Program-made: the position numbers and the translations under genes | In this document: positions 9,833 through 19,713 of the stretch, piece by piece | How positions within the stretch are numbered: position 1 is the stretch's first letter | How the letters are laid out: each line of letters begins with the position of its first letter | The notes under the pieces: model-generated | What the model saw: the letters and a program-made list of their open reading frames with translations, nothing else | Database searches by the model: none | What the model was told of the DNA's origin: nothing | Origin: Spirochaetota bacterium | GTDB taxonomy: Bacteria; Spirochaetota; UBA4802; UBA5550 | Direction of reading: 5' to 3' | Assembly (NCBI GenBank): GCA_017999915.1 | Contig: JAGNKX010000007.1 | Location: forward strand, 64,488-128,487 | Length of the DNA stretch: 64,000 bases

Positions 9833-10786
9833 ATGGATGTGTCTGTAGTAATAGTAAATTGGAATACAGAGGAATTGCTCGGGAATTGTCTTGAGAGTAT
9901 ATATAGAAACACGAAAATGCCCCGTTTCGAAGTAATTGTAGTAGATAACAACTCATCGGATAATTCGGTAAAAATGGTGCGGGAGCGTTTTCCCCGGACG
10001 ATAGTTATCGCGAATGAAAAGAACGAGGGTTACGCCGCCGCGAATAATATCGGAATAAACCGGGCGAGGGGAAGATATGTCCTGGTCCTGAATTCAGACA
10101 CTATTTTTACCGATGATTCCCTCTCGAGGATCTGCTCTTTCGCGGATAAACACGAGGATGCCGCTGTTTTCGGATGTAAAATCGTAAACAAAGACATGAC
10201 CTTGCAGCAGAATACGTATCTGTTCCCCTCCCTGCTTAATCTCGCCCTTGCCGTTTCTTATCTATATAAAATATTCCCGAGAAGCAGGTTTTTCGCCAGG
10301 GAACGGATGGGATGGTGGGACTGGACCGATACCAGGGAAGTTGAGGTCATCGTGGGCTGTTATATGCTGGTGCGGATGGAAGCCATCCGTGAAGTGGGGC
10401 TCATGGACAACGATTATTTCATGTATTTCGAGGAAACCGACTGGTGCTACCGGTTCAAGAAGGCCGGCTGGAAGAATTTATACGCCCCTGTTTCCGAAGT
10501 GATCCATCTTGGCGGGGAAAGCACGAAAAAAAACCGCGATAAAATGTTCCTCCAGTTCAACAGCAGCCGGCTCCTTTATTTTAGAAAGCACCATGGCGTA
10601 TTTTCCTATGTGATCGCCTGCGCCCTCCTGTTCCTGTTCTTCGCGTTGAGGATTCCCTATTGGCTGATCCATGCGCTGCTTTCCGGAGAAACGGCGGGGC
10701 CTGATTTAAACACCGCCTATTTATATTTCACGGGGATGTTTAGATCCTTACGGGGTTGGCGCGGCTTATCAATAAGAATGAAATAA
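9833..10786 (+). CDS. family-2 glycosyltransferase (rhamnosyltransferase-like) with C-terminal TM helices
   Basis: VSVVIVNWNT, VVDNNSSDNS, LNSDT, FMYFEETDWC. Confidence 0.85.
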   Translation: MDVSVVIVNWNTEELLGNCLESIYRNTKMPRFEVIVVDNNSSDNSVKMVRERFPRTIVIANEKNEGYAAANNIGINRARGRYVLVLNSDTIFTDDSLSRICSFADKHEDAAVFGCKIVNKDMTLQQNTYLFPSLLNLALAVSYLYKIFPRSRFFARERMGWWDWTDTREVEVIVGCYMLVRMEAIREVGLMDNDYFMYFEETDWCYRFKKAGWKNLYAPVSEVIHLGGESTKKNRDKMFLQFNSSRLLYFRKHHGVFSYVIACALLFLFFALRIPYWLIHALLSGETAGPDLNTAYLYFTGMFRSLRGWRGLSIRMK

Positions 10787-10845
10787 TAAATACATCATTA
10801 TAAGGATATAAGGAGAGGATTTTCCCAGACATGGTGATGGATACT

Positions 10846-12315
10846 TTAATCGGTATCAATGGTCCAGCCTTTCGATATGAGACTGTCACGTGCCGGTTGG
10901 CTTGCCGCGGTAGGCGGGTTATTATTGGTTAAATCAATCGTATAATACTTGGATGTATCACCAGCCGGTCTTTCTCTTCCAAAAGCATCCAATGTTATGA
11001 AAATTGAATCAACTGCATCCGAATCGAAATTGTTATTAGATGCGATAAGTCTTACCAGCTCGACGCAGCCATCGATATTCAGGCTTGTCAGTTCATTGTT
11101 CTGAACTTCTATATTCCCTAATCCGGTATTTTTTAGAAAGGCTCCTGAGAAATCTGCCGATGTATAGTGATTGCCCCATGCCTGTATGTCCGCGCTGGAC
11201 GACGTCCCAGTGGAGGATACCCTTAATTCACCACTTTGATTATCATTCCAGATATATAATTCTACGATATATGGAAACTGGCTCATGTTCGTAAAGAGAC
11301 TGGTATTTGTAATTTGGGTATTGCTCCTCGTGCAAATATGCCGCATCTTGGAGCCGATGATCCCGAAATTGATCGTCGTATAGGCATTGAACGCCCCCCT
11401 GAGGTCTTCCAGGTTGGGGCTCTGGGACAGGTCAAGGGCTTGTAAATCGCAATCCTCGAAGCACGCCCGCTTCAGGGCCGGTGTGTTTGTCAGTGTTACA
11501 TTTTGAAGTGTTGTTGACAAATAGCATTCAATGGTATCAAGCATGATAAAATTACTGAAATCCAGCGAAGTAATATTGTTATAGGACGAGCACCATTGCT
11601 GCAGATAGGGGGCCACCAGGTAAAGTCCGGTTACCGAAGTTACATACTGGTTGTCTACTTTTTCAATGGTTTCAACCCCTCCATCGCCCCAGTCGTATCC
11701 TATATTGATTCTCGTCACGGCGCTCCACGGCGTAACGTGAAGATAATTTTTTCTCACGGCCGCGTTGCCATAATTTATGGTCGGCGTCGCCGAGCTACTG
11801 GTCGTTCCATCCGCCCAGATCCATTCGATCACGGGAGAGCCGGTAACCTTTATGACCGGTGAAAAGGAGGACCCCGATGTCTCAAAGGTGATCATTGTGT
11901 AGGTGGTCGCGCTGGCGTTATTGGAGTAATCCGAGTTGCCGGCATCGTTATATGCCCGTATCCGGTAATAGTACGTTGAATCGGGAACAAGCCCTGTATT
12001 ATTATAAGATGTCGTGTTTGCCGAAGACGTGTCAATTTGTACATATGTGCTGTTATCCGTGCTTCGTTCAATTTTGAAGCCGGTTTCATTGTCGGAGTTA
12101 TCCTTCCAGGAGAGATTAACCTGGCTACTTGTTGTGGTAGTGGCCTTAAGAGTGTTTGGTGTCCCGGGACTTTTATTGCCGCTGTTGATAAGAGCAAATA
12201 ACATTACATTTATTTTCTTATCAATAATGCCGCTGATTTGTTTGTTGACGCACCCGGTAAAGCCGGTGACAAACAATATAAGCGCCAGAGGCAAGATGAG
12301 ATTATTTTTTTTCAA
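10846..12315 (-). CDS. lipoprotein with one fibronectin type III module and a leucine-rich-repeat-like C-terminal region
   Basis: Signal peptide plus lipobox (FTGC). FN3 module SQVNLSWKDNSDNETGFKIERS...YYYRIRAYNDAGNS at about 11902-12165. Downstream are repeated L..L.L/N patterns. Confidence 0.6.
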   Translation of the reverse strand: MKKNNLILPLALILFVTGFTGCVNKQISGIIDKKINVMLFALINSGNKSPGTPNTLKATTTTSSQVNLSWKDNSDNETGFKIERSTDNSTYVQIDTSSANTTSYNNTGLVPDSTYYYRIRAYNDAGNSDYSNNASATTYTMITFETSGSSFSPVIKVTGSPVIEWIWADGTTSSSATPTINYGNAAVRKNYLHVTPWSAVTRINIGYDWGDGGVETIEKVDNQYVTSVTGLYLVAPYLQQWCSSYNNITSLDFSNFIMLDTIECYLSTTLQNVTLTNTPALKRACFEDCDLQALDLSQSPNLEDLRGAFNAYTTINFGIIGSKMRHICTRSNTQITNTSLFTNMSQFPYIVELYIWNDNQSGELRVSSTGTSSSADIQAWGNHYTSADFSGAFLKNTGLGNIEVQNNELTSLNIDGCVELVRLIASNNNFDSDAVDSIFITLDAFGRERPAGDTSKYYTIDLTNNNPPTAASQPARDSLISKGWTIDTD

Positions 12316-12626
12316 AATTTTTTATTAATAATAACAGCGATTATTTGGACGATTATATTTGAAAGTATTTTACAAATAAAGAAACGGTATTATATCAAGG
12401 TTCCCCGGCTGATGATAACCCGGTTCAAATTCTTGATAGAAATAATAAGAAATATATTGATCAGAGCAAAATTTATGTATTTGAATGTGTTTGCAATTAT
12501 AATATGGAATGGAGTGAAAAAAATCAATATATTTTTCAACGATAGATGAATGCATACAAAGAACCGGTAAAATAAAAATGCCCTTCTTAAATGCCGGCTC
12601 CGCCTGATTAGGTTGATTTATATAAT

Positions 12627-13316
12627 TTAGTTTATCCCGGCGATTTTAAACGCCATAATATCGCTGTTATCGTAATTTTGCATTATAATTCTCCCCGGAT
12701 TGCCGGATACGAGGCTTCTTTCCGGAATGTCTTTTGAAACCACTGAATTTGCGGATATGGTACTGCCGTCGCCTATGGTAATTTTACCTGTTAAGACCGC
12801 ACCCGGGCCGATCCAGACGTTATTTCCAATAACGGGCGTCTCAAAATCCTGGTATCCCAGGCCCACCCCGATTATGACATTATTCGATACACTGCAATTT
12901 TCACCCACGGTAGTTGGTCCGACCAATATATTGGTGGAATGCCCCAGGTGAAAACCGGGCCCTATCTGGGCGTTCCTGTGTATCATCACATGGTGAATCA
13001 AACGCATCTGCAGGTCAAAGAACAGGTAAATCAATACCGGGAACAGGCCTATTAGTTTGCTCTTTTTGTATATTCGAAGCGCCCATTGGCCGAAACGGTA
13101 GACCGCGATACAATGCAATTCAAAATGCCATATTAAAGTTGTTATTTTCTGAGCAAGAGAGGGATGGGGCGTTTTCCAGGCAATTGTGTATATTTTTTCT
13201 TTATCAATTTTAAAATTGCTTATTTTTTTTGTCATATATGCCTTCTGGTGCGAAGAAAATCGATATGTAGATAAAAATTTACATATCAATAGATACATTG
13301 TTTTTAAAAGTGTCAA
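12627..13316 (-). CDS. serine-O-acetyltransferase-like hexapeptide acyltransferase (EPS acetyltransferase type)
   Basis: IHRNAQIGPGFHLGHSTNILVG...IGNNVWIGPGAVLTGKITIGDGSTISANSVVSKDIPERSLVSGNPGRII. The start is uncertain; an internal ATG (MTKKIS) is also possible. Confidence 0.7.
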   Translation of the reverse strand: MTLLKTMYLLICKFLSTYRFSSHQKAYMTKKISNFKIDKEKIYTIAWKTPHPSLAQKITTLIWHFELHCIAVYRFGQWALRIYKKSKLIGLFPVLIYLFFDLQMRLIHHVMIHRNAQIGPGFHLGHSTNILVGPTTVGENCSVSNNVIIGVGLGYQDFETPVIGNNVWIGPGAVLTGKITIGDGSTISANSVVSKDIPERSLVSGNPGRIIMQNYDNSDIMAFKIAGIN

Positions 13317-13585
13317 TAATTATTCGGTGTGGACTGCTCCGCTATTACATAATGAGTGCGTCCCAAGTTTTGGGATGCGCTCTGATTAAAGCGGGTAAAA
13401 TATAAGGCAGTGAACGGCGATAAGGTTTCGTGGAGTACAGAATCCGGATGGTTTGAGGATTTCCCGAAACCATTAAAACCCGCTGAAAACAGGTTTTCCT
13501 GGGTCTTTATCCATGCGCTCAGCATTTCCCGCACTTTTTCGGCGCCTGACACAGATGCGTGCGTAAAATGGTGATTAAATATCGA

Positions 13586-13628
13586 CAGCCTGGTACATGT
13601 TAACTATTGTCCAACATGTACCAGGCTG
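13586..13628 (-). terminator. 16-bp perfect hairpin downstream of the FN3 lipoprotein gene
   Basis: cagcctggtacatgtt (13586-13601) pairs with aacatgtaccaggctg (13613-13628) around an 11-nt loop. It lies about 115 nt downstream of the stop at 13744. The T-tract is only weak. Confidence 0.4.
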
Positions 13629-13743
13629 AGGATGCTTTGATTGATCCATTATAGAAACAGCCGGGGCCCGGTGCGTACCAAGTCCTGGCTGAATAGGGCA
13701 CATTTTCGATAATAAAGCGGATACGGTCAGTGTAATGACAGCT

Positions 13744-15690
13744 TCAATTGCCGTCCCATCCCGCTATTCTGGCCAGCATCCACCACATGGCCTTGGCCAA
13801 ACGTTTTGCCCCATTTGTTCCGAAATGATAATCAATGGTATCCGTTCCCTCATTGTCGGGATGGATAAACGGATGCGTATGGCCGTTCCAGGTCACAGTA
13901 TTCAATGAGCCCGCGTCATTATACGTCAATATATCGGCAAAATCAAACAGGACGGCGCCTTCTATACTTGCCACCTTTTCTCTTATGTATTGGTGTTTGA
14001 TATAATTCTGGTATCCCGATTCTCCCTCGCAGGGCGATGAATCTATTGGCCCGGTAGTAAAGAAGACTATTGTTCCTGAATTAACCTGCATCAGGGATTG
14101 AATAACGGCGATGTAGGTGTCCATGCATATCGCTGAATCTCCTGAATCAAGTCCCCACCAGACTCCGGGCGTTGTTCCCAACTCACCGTCGGTTGCTCCG
14201 AACCAGTGCACGCCGTATACAGCATCCACCGATGGACTGTAATAGGTGTTGAACGCCATATCCCAGCACCATCCGAAGCCTATCGCTGAAATCGGATTAC
14301 TTTGCGTATTGAGCTGGTATAAAATACTCTGCCGTATCATATTTGAGGCGGTGGAGATATTTGTCGAGCCGCTCCAGAAGTCATGCTCGGAGCAATTTCC
14401 CTTGTATTTTCCGCCTTCGTAATCGGCATTGTAGTAGTAATTTGAAGCCCTGAGGTAGGTAGTAACCGACGGGCCCATCCCTGCTCCGGCGGGCGAATCG
14501 CTGATAAGGCAGTTATACCGGCTGTTCTCCTGGGCCAGGAGCTGTAATCCCCTGGTATATGACCGCGAGTGCGATTCTCCCGGAATGATAAGCAGCATTT
14601 TTTTTACCAGGGCGATGTATTGATCAGGGATGCTGGTGTACCGGGAGACTATCGTATGGTCCGCGATTATTGCCGTGCCGGTTGGATTGCTTGCCAGGGT
14701 CGTGGCCGTGGCTTCGCCGTAACCGGTGGAATCACCGATACCGTTATGTGCCCAGACGCGATAATAATACTGGGTTGAGGCAGATAAACTGTTGCTATCG
14801 CTATACGCGGTCGTATTGGCGGCAACGGACGCAATATTAACGAAATCTACGTTGTTCGCGCTTCGCTGGATTATAAAGCTTGTCTCATTCGTTGAATTGT
14901 CGGCCCAGCCCAGGTTGATGCTATAACTTGACATCGCCGTCGCGGTTAATCCGCTCGGCGACGCCGGTACGACATTGCCTGTGGTTGCAGAGGATGTGTT
15001 TGAATATCCTGAATTTCCCGAGCCATTGTACGCCCTTACGCGATAATAATACGTTGTATTGGGAGCAAGTCCTGTATTATTATAAGATGTCGCGTTTGCC
15101 GAAGCAGTGGTTATTTGTCCATAATTGCTGTTGTCTGTGCTTCGCTCAATGCTGAAGCCGGTTTCATTGTCGGAGTTGTCATTCCATGATAGATTGATCT
15201 GACTGCTTGAAACGGATGTGGCCTGCAAGATGCTTGGGGAGTATGGAGTAAGAGGTTCAGTTGTGTAGGTAGTCGCGCTTGCATTATTAGAATAAGCCGA
15301 ATTTCCTGCATTGTTATAGGCACGTATCCGGTAATAGTAGGTGGTGCCGGGATTTAATCCAGTCGTGTCATTATACGACGACGCGCTCCCCTTTATTGCT
15401 CCGGCAATCTCGTTGAAATTAGAGTTAGTACCGGCGCTCCTGTCGATTCTGAAGCCCGTGACGTTATTGTAATCGTTCTCCCATACAAGATCGATTTTAT
15501 CGGTGCCTATGGTGGTTGCCTGCAGGTTGGCCGGAGCGTTTGGCGTTATGGCGCTGTTATTTCTAACCAACAGGTTTAAGCCTGCCAGCGTAGACACGTT
15601 AAAACCTGAGCCGGCTGTAAAATCAACATTTCCGCACGCGATGAGGAAAATTTGAACTGTCAGGAGTAAGAGGTTGTATTTGTTTTTCAT
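13744..15690 (-). CDS. lipoprotein: three tandem FN3 modules plus a ~310-aa C-terminal hydrolase-like domain
   Basis: Lipobox LIAC. Three modules each end YYYR[IV][RW]A[YH]N. The C-terminal domain contains IPGESHS, GFGWCWD and IDYHFG blocks. Confidence 0.6.
   Translation of the reverse strand: MKNKYNLLLLTVQIFLIACGNVDFTAGSGFNVSTLAGLNLLVRNNSAITPNAPANLQATTIGTDKIDLVWENDYNNVTGFRIDRSAGTNSNFNEIAGAIKGSASSYNDTTGLNPGTTYYYRIRAYNNAGNSAYSNNASATTYTTEPLTPYSPSILQATSVSSSQINLSWNDNSDNETGFSIERSTDNSNYGQITTASANATSYNNTGLAPNTTYYYRVRAYNGSGNSGYSNTSSATTGNVVPASPSGLTATAMSSYSINLGWADNSTNETSFIIQRSANNVDFVNIASVAANTTAYSDSNSLSASTQYYYRVWAHNGIGDSTGYGEATATTLASNPTGTAIIADHTIVSRYTSIPDQYIALVKKMLLIIPGESHSRSYTRGLQLLAQENSRYNCLISDSPAGAGMGPSVTTYLRASNYYYNADYEGGKYKGNCSEHDFWSGSTNISTASNMIRQSILYQLNTQSNPISAIGFGWCWDMAFNTYYSPSVDAVYGVHWFGATDGELGTTPGVWWGLDSGDSAICMDTYIAVIQSLMQVNSGTIVFFTTGPIDSSPCEGESGYQNYIKHQYIREKVASIEGAVLFDFADILTYNDAGSLNTVTWNGHTHPFIHPDNEGTDTIDYHFGTNGAKRLAKAMWWMLARIAGWDGN
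14698..15543 (-). repeat. three tandem FN3-coding modules; the middle one is highly similar at DNA level to the FN3 module of the gene at 10846..12315
   Basis: Aligned by eye: 15068-15210 versus 11991-12130 share long identical runs, for example cctgtattattataagatgtcg and gaagccggtttcattgtcggagtt. Confidence 0.7.
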
Positions 15691-16167
15691 AATTAATACT
15701 CCATATCCCCGCAGATAATATTGTCTATATTCTTTCGTAAATTGATCCGCTTATCCATCGGTTAATGGAATGATAAGCGATCATTGTAAATATAGACGAG
15801 ATGAAAATCTATGTATTTGTTTTTTATATGGATTAACAGATCATGGATGAATAAAGTATAATTCTATTTGTTGCTGTTGCAATGTCCATGATTTTTAAGT
15901 TAAACCTTATCAATTTATTTAATTTTTTTTAAAATGTCAAGTTATGCAGGCAATTTTTAAAAAATAACTTGAATACAATATACAATAATTGTTGAAGTTT
16001 ATACCCATATCTCGTATCTATTTTTCAAGGATTCTTTTCAGTAAAATTTTGTATTAATTTATAAGTATTAAAATTACTTTGACAGGAAAATCTAGGTAAT
16101 TATGTATTTCTAAGATAAATGATTCATCCTGTTCTTATTATTTTATGATTAACATTTTCATGAAGCC

Positions 16168-18108
16168 ATGTGCGGCATAGCCGGAATATACAGTGTAAAA
16201 ACAAATCGCCCCGTTGATCAATCCCTGCTGATCAAGATGGCAGACTCCATGAATCACCGGGGTCCCGATGAAAATGGATTTCACGTCAAGGGGAGCGTCG
16301 GCCTGGCCCATACACGCCTCAGCATTATTGACCTGAGCGGCGGGTCGCAGCCCATCTACAATGAAGACCGGAGTCTCTGCGTTATCTTCAACGGGGAAAT
16401 ATATAATTATGTAGAATTGCGGGCTGTGCTGGAAAAAAAAGGTCATGTCTTTTATACCCACAGCGACACTGAAGTTATTGTGCACATGTACGAGGAGTAC
16501 GGTAAGGAGTGCTTCAATCAGTTCAATGGCCAGTTCGCCATAGCCCTCTGGAATGAAAAGAAAAGGGAGCTTCTCCTTGTGCGGGACCGTGTGGGTGTGC
16601 GGCCATTATATTACTCCATACTTCCCGACGGGACCCTGGTGTTTGCCTCGGAAATGAAGACGATATTCTGCTTTCCCGGCTTTGACCCTGAAATAGATCC
16701 GGAAGGCATCAACCAGATATTTACCCTGTGGGTTAATATCCCTCCGCGGACCATTTTTAAAAATGTCAACGAGCTTGCTCCGGGCCGCTGCATGGTTGTC
16801 TCCCAGCATGGGATCACGGTGCATGCCTTCTGGCGCATGCAATTCCCCGATGAGCGCGATTATGAAGACAGGCCCCTCTCATATTATACGGAACGAACAC
16901 GGGAGCTTCTCTATGATGCGGTGTCCCTGCGACTCAGGGCCGATGTTCCCGTTGCCGCCTATTTAAGCGGGGGCCTCGATTCATCGATCATCACGTCCCT
17001 GGTGAAAAAGCATCATATCAATGACCTGGTCACCTTTTCTGTGGCCTTCGGCGACAGGAATTTCGACGAGCGGCGCTATCAGAATGAAATGGTCGACCTG
17101 TTAAAGACCGACCATCGAGTTATTGAGGCGAACTACGACACCATCGGCGAAGCCTTTTCCGACGTGGTCTGGTTCTCTGAAAAGCCTATGATACGCACCG
17201 CCCCGGCGCCGTTGTTCCTCCTGTCCGGGTTGGTCAGGAGCAACGGCATCAAGGTTGTGCTGACGGGGGAGGGGGCCGATGAGTTCTTCGGCGGTTATGA
17301 TATTTTCAAAGAGGACAAGATCCGGCGCTTCTGGGCGAGGGACCCCGGATCGAAGTTGCGGCCCAGGCTTTTTTCCGCTCTTTATCCATTCATCTCCAGG
17401 GACCCGCGCTTTGAACGGTTCTGGCAGATGTTCTTCAAGAAGGATTTGACCGATACCGGGAACAACTATTATTCGCAGCTGGTACGGTGGCACAACACCT
17501 CGCAGATCAAGCGCTTATTTACCAATGAATACCAGGAGCGCTTCACCGAGGAGAGTATCTATCATGACCTCGATGATTATATCGATCCGGATATAAAAAG
17601 ATGGCACCCCCTCTGCCGGGCACAGTACCTGGAGGCCACGCTCTTCATGTCCGGCTACCTGTTGTCGTCCCAGGGAGACCGGATGATGATGGGTAACTCT
17701 ATCGAGGGAAGGTTTCCTTTCCTTGACCACAATGTGATAGAGTTTGCCGCCACAATTCCTCCTGTGTATAAGATCTATGGATTGAACGAAAAGTTTGCCC
17801 TGAAAAAATCCTTCGAAGACTCGCTGCCCGATTCGGTCCTCCACCGGGTGAAGCAGCCATACCGGGCGCCTATCAGCCAGTGTTTCGCCGGGGACAATTT
17901 CGCGGCTTCGATGCTCAACGGGGACCTTGTTCGAAAATACGGATATTTCGACCCGGACAGCGTTGAGCTTCTCCTTAATAAGTTCAGTACCCAGAGGTGG
18001 AAGAACATCAGCGAGCGCGATGACATGACCATGGTGGGCCTGATTTCCATGCAGCTGCTGCACCACCATTTCATCGATAAGGGGATGGATGATCATCAAC
18101 CGGCTTAA
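16168..18108 (+). CDS. asparagine synthase (glutamine-hydrolysing) family amidotransferase
   Basis: N-terminal MCGIAG nucleophile, SGGLDSS PP-loop, and a length of 646 aa typical for AsnB-type enzymes in EPS loci. Confidence 0.9.
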   Translation: MCGIAGIYSVKTNRPVDQSLLIKMADSMNHRGPDENGFHVKGSVGLAHTRLSIIDLSGGSQPIYNEDRSLCVIFNGEIYNYVELRAVLEKKGHVFYTHSDTEVIVHMYEEYGKECFNQFNGQFAIALWNEKKRELLLVRDRVGVRPLYYSILPDGTLVFASEMKTIFCFPGFDPEIDPEGINQIFTLWVNIPPRTIFKNVNELAPGRCMVVSQHGITVHAFWRMQFPDERDYEDRPLSYYTERTRELLYDAVSLRLRADVPVAAYLSGGLDSSIITSLVKKHHINDLVTFSVAFGDRNFDERRYQNEMVDLLKTDHRVIEANYDTIGEAFSDVVWFSEKPMIRTAPAPLFLLSGLVRSNGIKVVLTGEGADEFFGGYDIFKEDKIRRFWARDPGSKLRPRLFSALYPFISRDPRFERFWQMFFKKDLTDTGNNYYSQLVRWHNTSQIKRLFTNEYQERFTEESIYHDLDDYIDPDIKRWHPLCRAQYLEATLFMSGYLLSSQGDRMMMGNSIEGRFPFLDHNVIEFAATIPPVYKIYGLNEKFALKKSFEDSLPDSVLHRVKQPYRAPISQCFAGDNFAASMLNGDLVRKYGYFDPDSVELLLNKFSTQRWKNISERDDMTMVGLISMQLLHHHFIDKGMDDHQPA

Positions 18109-18239
18109 AATTGACTTGACGGGATACTGGGAAGCAATAGTATATTTACAATAATCAGCCCATCCGCATGGTTTTCTAGATATAATGCTGGCACAAATAA
18201 CCCGGTAAGGGCACAATTTTATTATTTGCGAGAAATAGC

Positions 18240-18503
18240 ATGCAAAGCACCCAGGAACTGATCACGAATTATATTAAGGAAAATTTTATCACGGGGAGGA
18301 GCTCAAAGGTAGAATTGACTCCGGATATATCGCTCCTGGAAAGCGGCATAATGGACTCCACAGGCATCCTCGAGCTGGTGTTGTTCCTTGAAGAACAGTT
18401 CTCCATCAAAATAGACGATGAGGAAATCGTTCCGGAGAACCTTGATTCGGTGAGCAATATCATTCTCTTCTTAAAGAAAAAACAACCGGTCATTCAAAAG
18501 TAA
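18240..18503 (+). CDS. acyl/peptidyl carrier protein
   Basis: 87 aa with the motif GIMDSTGILELVLFLEEQF (Ser attachment site). Confidence 0.7.
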   Translation: MQSTQELITNYIKENFITGRSSKVELTPDISLLESGIMDSTGILELVLFLEEQFSIKIDDEEIVPENLDSVSNIILFLKKKQPVIQK

Positions 18504-18554
18504 AGCCTCATCAATAATTATTGAATGATCGTTTTGCCCGCTTGACGCGCCCCG

Positions 18555-19403
18555 TTACATCCTCGCCAGGGTTGCAAGAAATTTATCCGCCACTAGGATC
18601 CTGCCGGTTTCACTTAAATGGCCCCCATCATGGGTGTACTCGGGAACAAGGGAAAAATGGTCTTTCCCGGCGTTATGGGAGATGCGGCGCGTACCGTCGG
18701 GATTGGTCGATTCGTAAAGTTCAATATCAAGAATAGATTTTGGACCATATTTTTTCCTGAGAAGGGAATTGAATTCATTTCTTTTAATATTGACCAGGGA
18801 ATTGTCCGCCCTGCCGAGGATTTTTTTGATGATATGCTTCAGGTAGTATTTGACATTAATGAACTCTCCTTCAGCCGTCAAGGGCGCGGTGACATGGATG
18901 AACGTGGTCCCCGGGTACTTTTTTATCAGGCCGTCCATTGATGACGAGTAATATGCGAACAGATCGTTTATATCGGTATTTTCATCGAAATCAACATAGC
19001 AAAACTTGAAAAACGCTATGTCGGTTTTTTTCGCGACGCCGGACCCCATTGTTTTCACAAAGGCGTCCACCTTTGTCTTCGGCTTGCAGTTTTCCCCGTT
19101 TATGGAATGGGCGAATATGCCCGCATTGAATTTTTCTGGATCGATTGTCTCCTGCAGGTTTAACGTGACGGCGGGGTTGCTTTTCATAAGATTTTGAATG
19201 CCGCCGATAATATCATAACCTACCGATTGGTGGCCGAAATATACCTTTTTAGCCGACAGTTTTTTCCATTCAGCCGCGGAAACGGTCTTGGTATGCAGCT
19301 GCTGCACTGATGCTTCCATGGTTTTTCCTCCGCATGCGGATATAAGTATCAATATCGCAGTAACGCATATGGTGGAATATAAAAATGACTTAACACTGGT
19401 CAT
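18555..19403 (-). CDS. lipoprotein of unknown function, possibly SGNH/esterase-like
   Basis: Signal peptide plus lipobox (ISAC). Blocks YFGHQSVG, FKFCYVDF and THDGGHLSETG (DxxH-like) parallel the C-terminal domain of 13744..15690. Confidence 0.5.
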   Translation of the reverse strand: MTSVKSFLYSTICVTAILILISACGGKTMEASVQQLHTKTVSAAEWKKLSAKKVYFGHQSVGYDIIGGIQNLMKSNPAVTLNLQETIDPEKFNAGIFAHSINGENCKPKTKVDAFVKTMGSGVAKKTDIAFFKFCYVDFDENTDINDLFAYYSSSMDGLIKKYPGTTFIHVTAPLTAEGEFINVKYYLKHIIKKILGRADNSLVNIKRNEFNSLLRKKYGPKSILDIELYESTNPDGTRRISHNAGKDHFSLVPEYTHDGGHLSETGRILVADKFLATLARM

Positions 19404-19713
19404 ATGGTTCCCCTATGCAAGAAGTGAATTTATTTGATTATTGATTTGTATCGATACTTGTCAATACTTTTTGCAGCGGCAGCTGCCCCGTATGCAGGCC
19501 GTAGTTAAACGGCCGGTCCCGGGCCGTTATCCAATAATCTTCATTAATGCCAAAAAAGATTGACAAAACTCTCGCGGGCTCTTTATTAAGAGCGACATTC
19601 ATCACATTCCATAAGGTAAAGTCGTGCTCTGAGGTTACGCCAGGGGAACGCCAATCGTCGTCAGCCCCGCTGCGCCGAAGGGTACTGTATATTTTTATTG
19701 GACGGTTAATCCT

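Noticed and set aside
13313-13552. 79-aa minus-strand ORF between the FN3 lipoprotein and the acetyltransferase genes.
   Set aside because: It has no recognisable motif or SD, and its stop overlaps the acetyltransferase start region. It cannot be supported from sequence alone, though it may be real.
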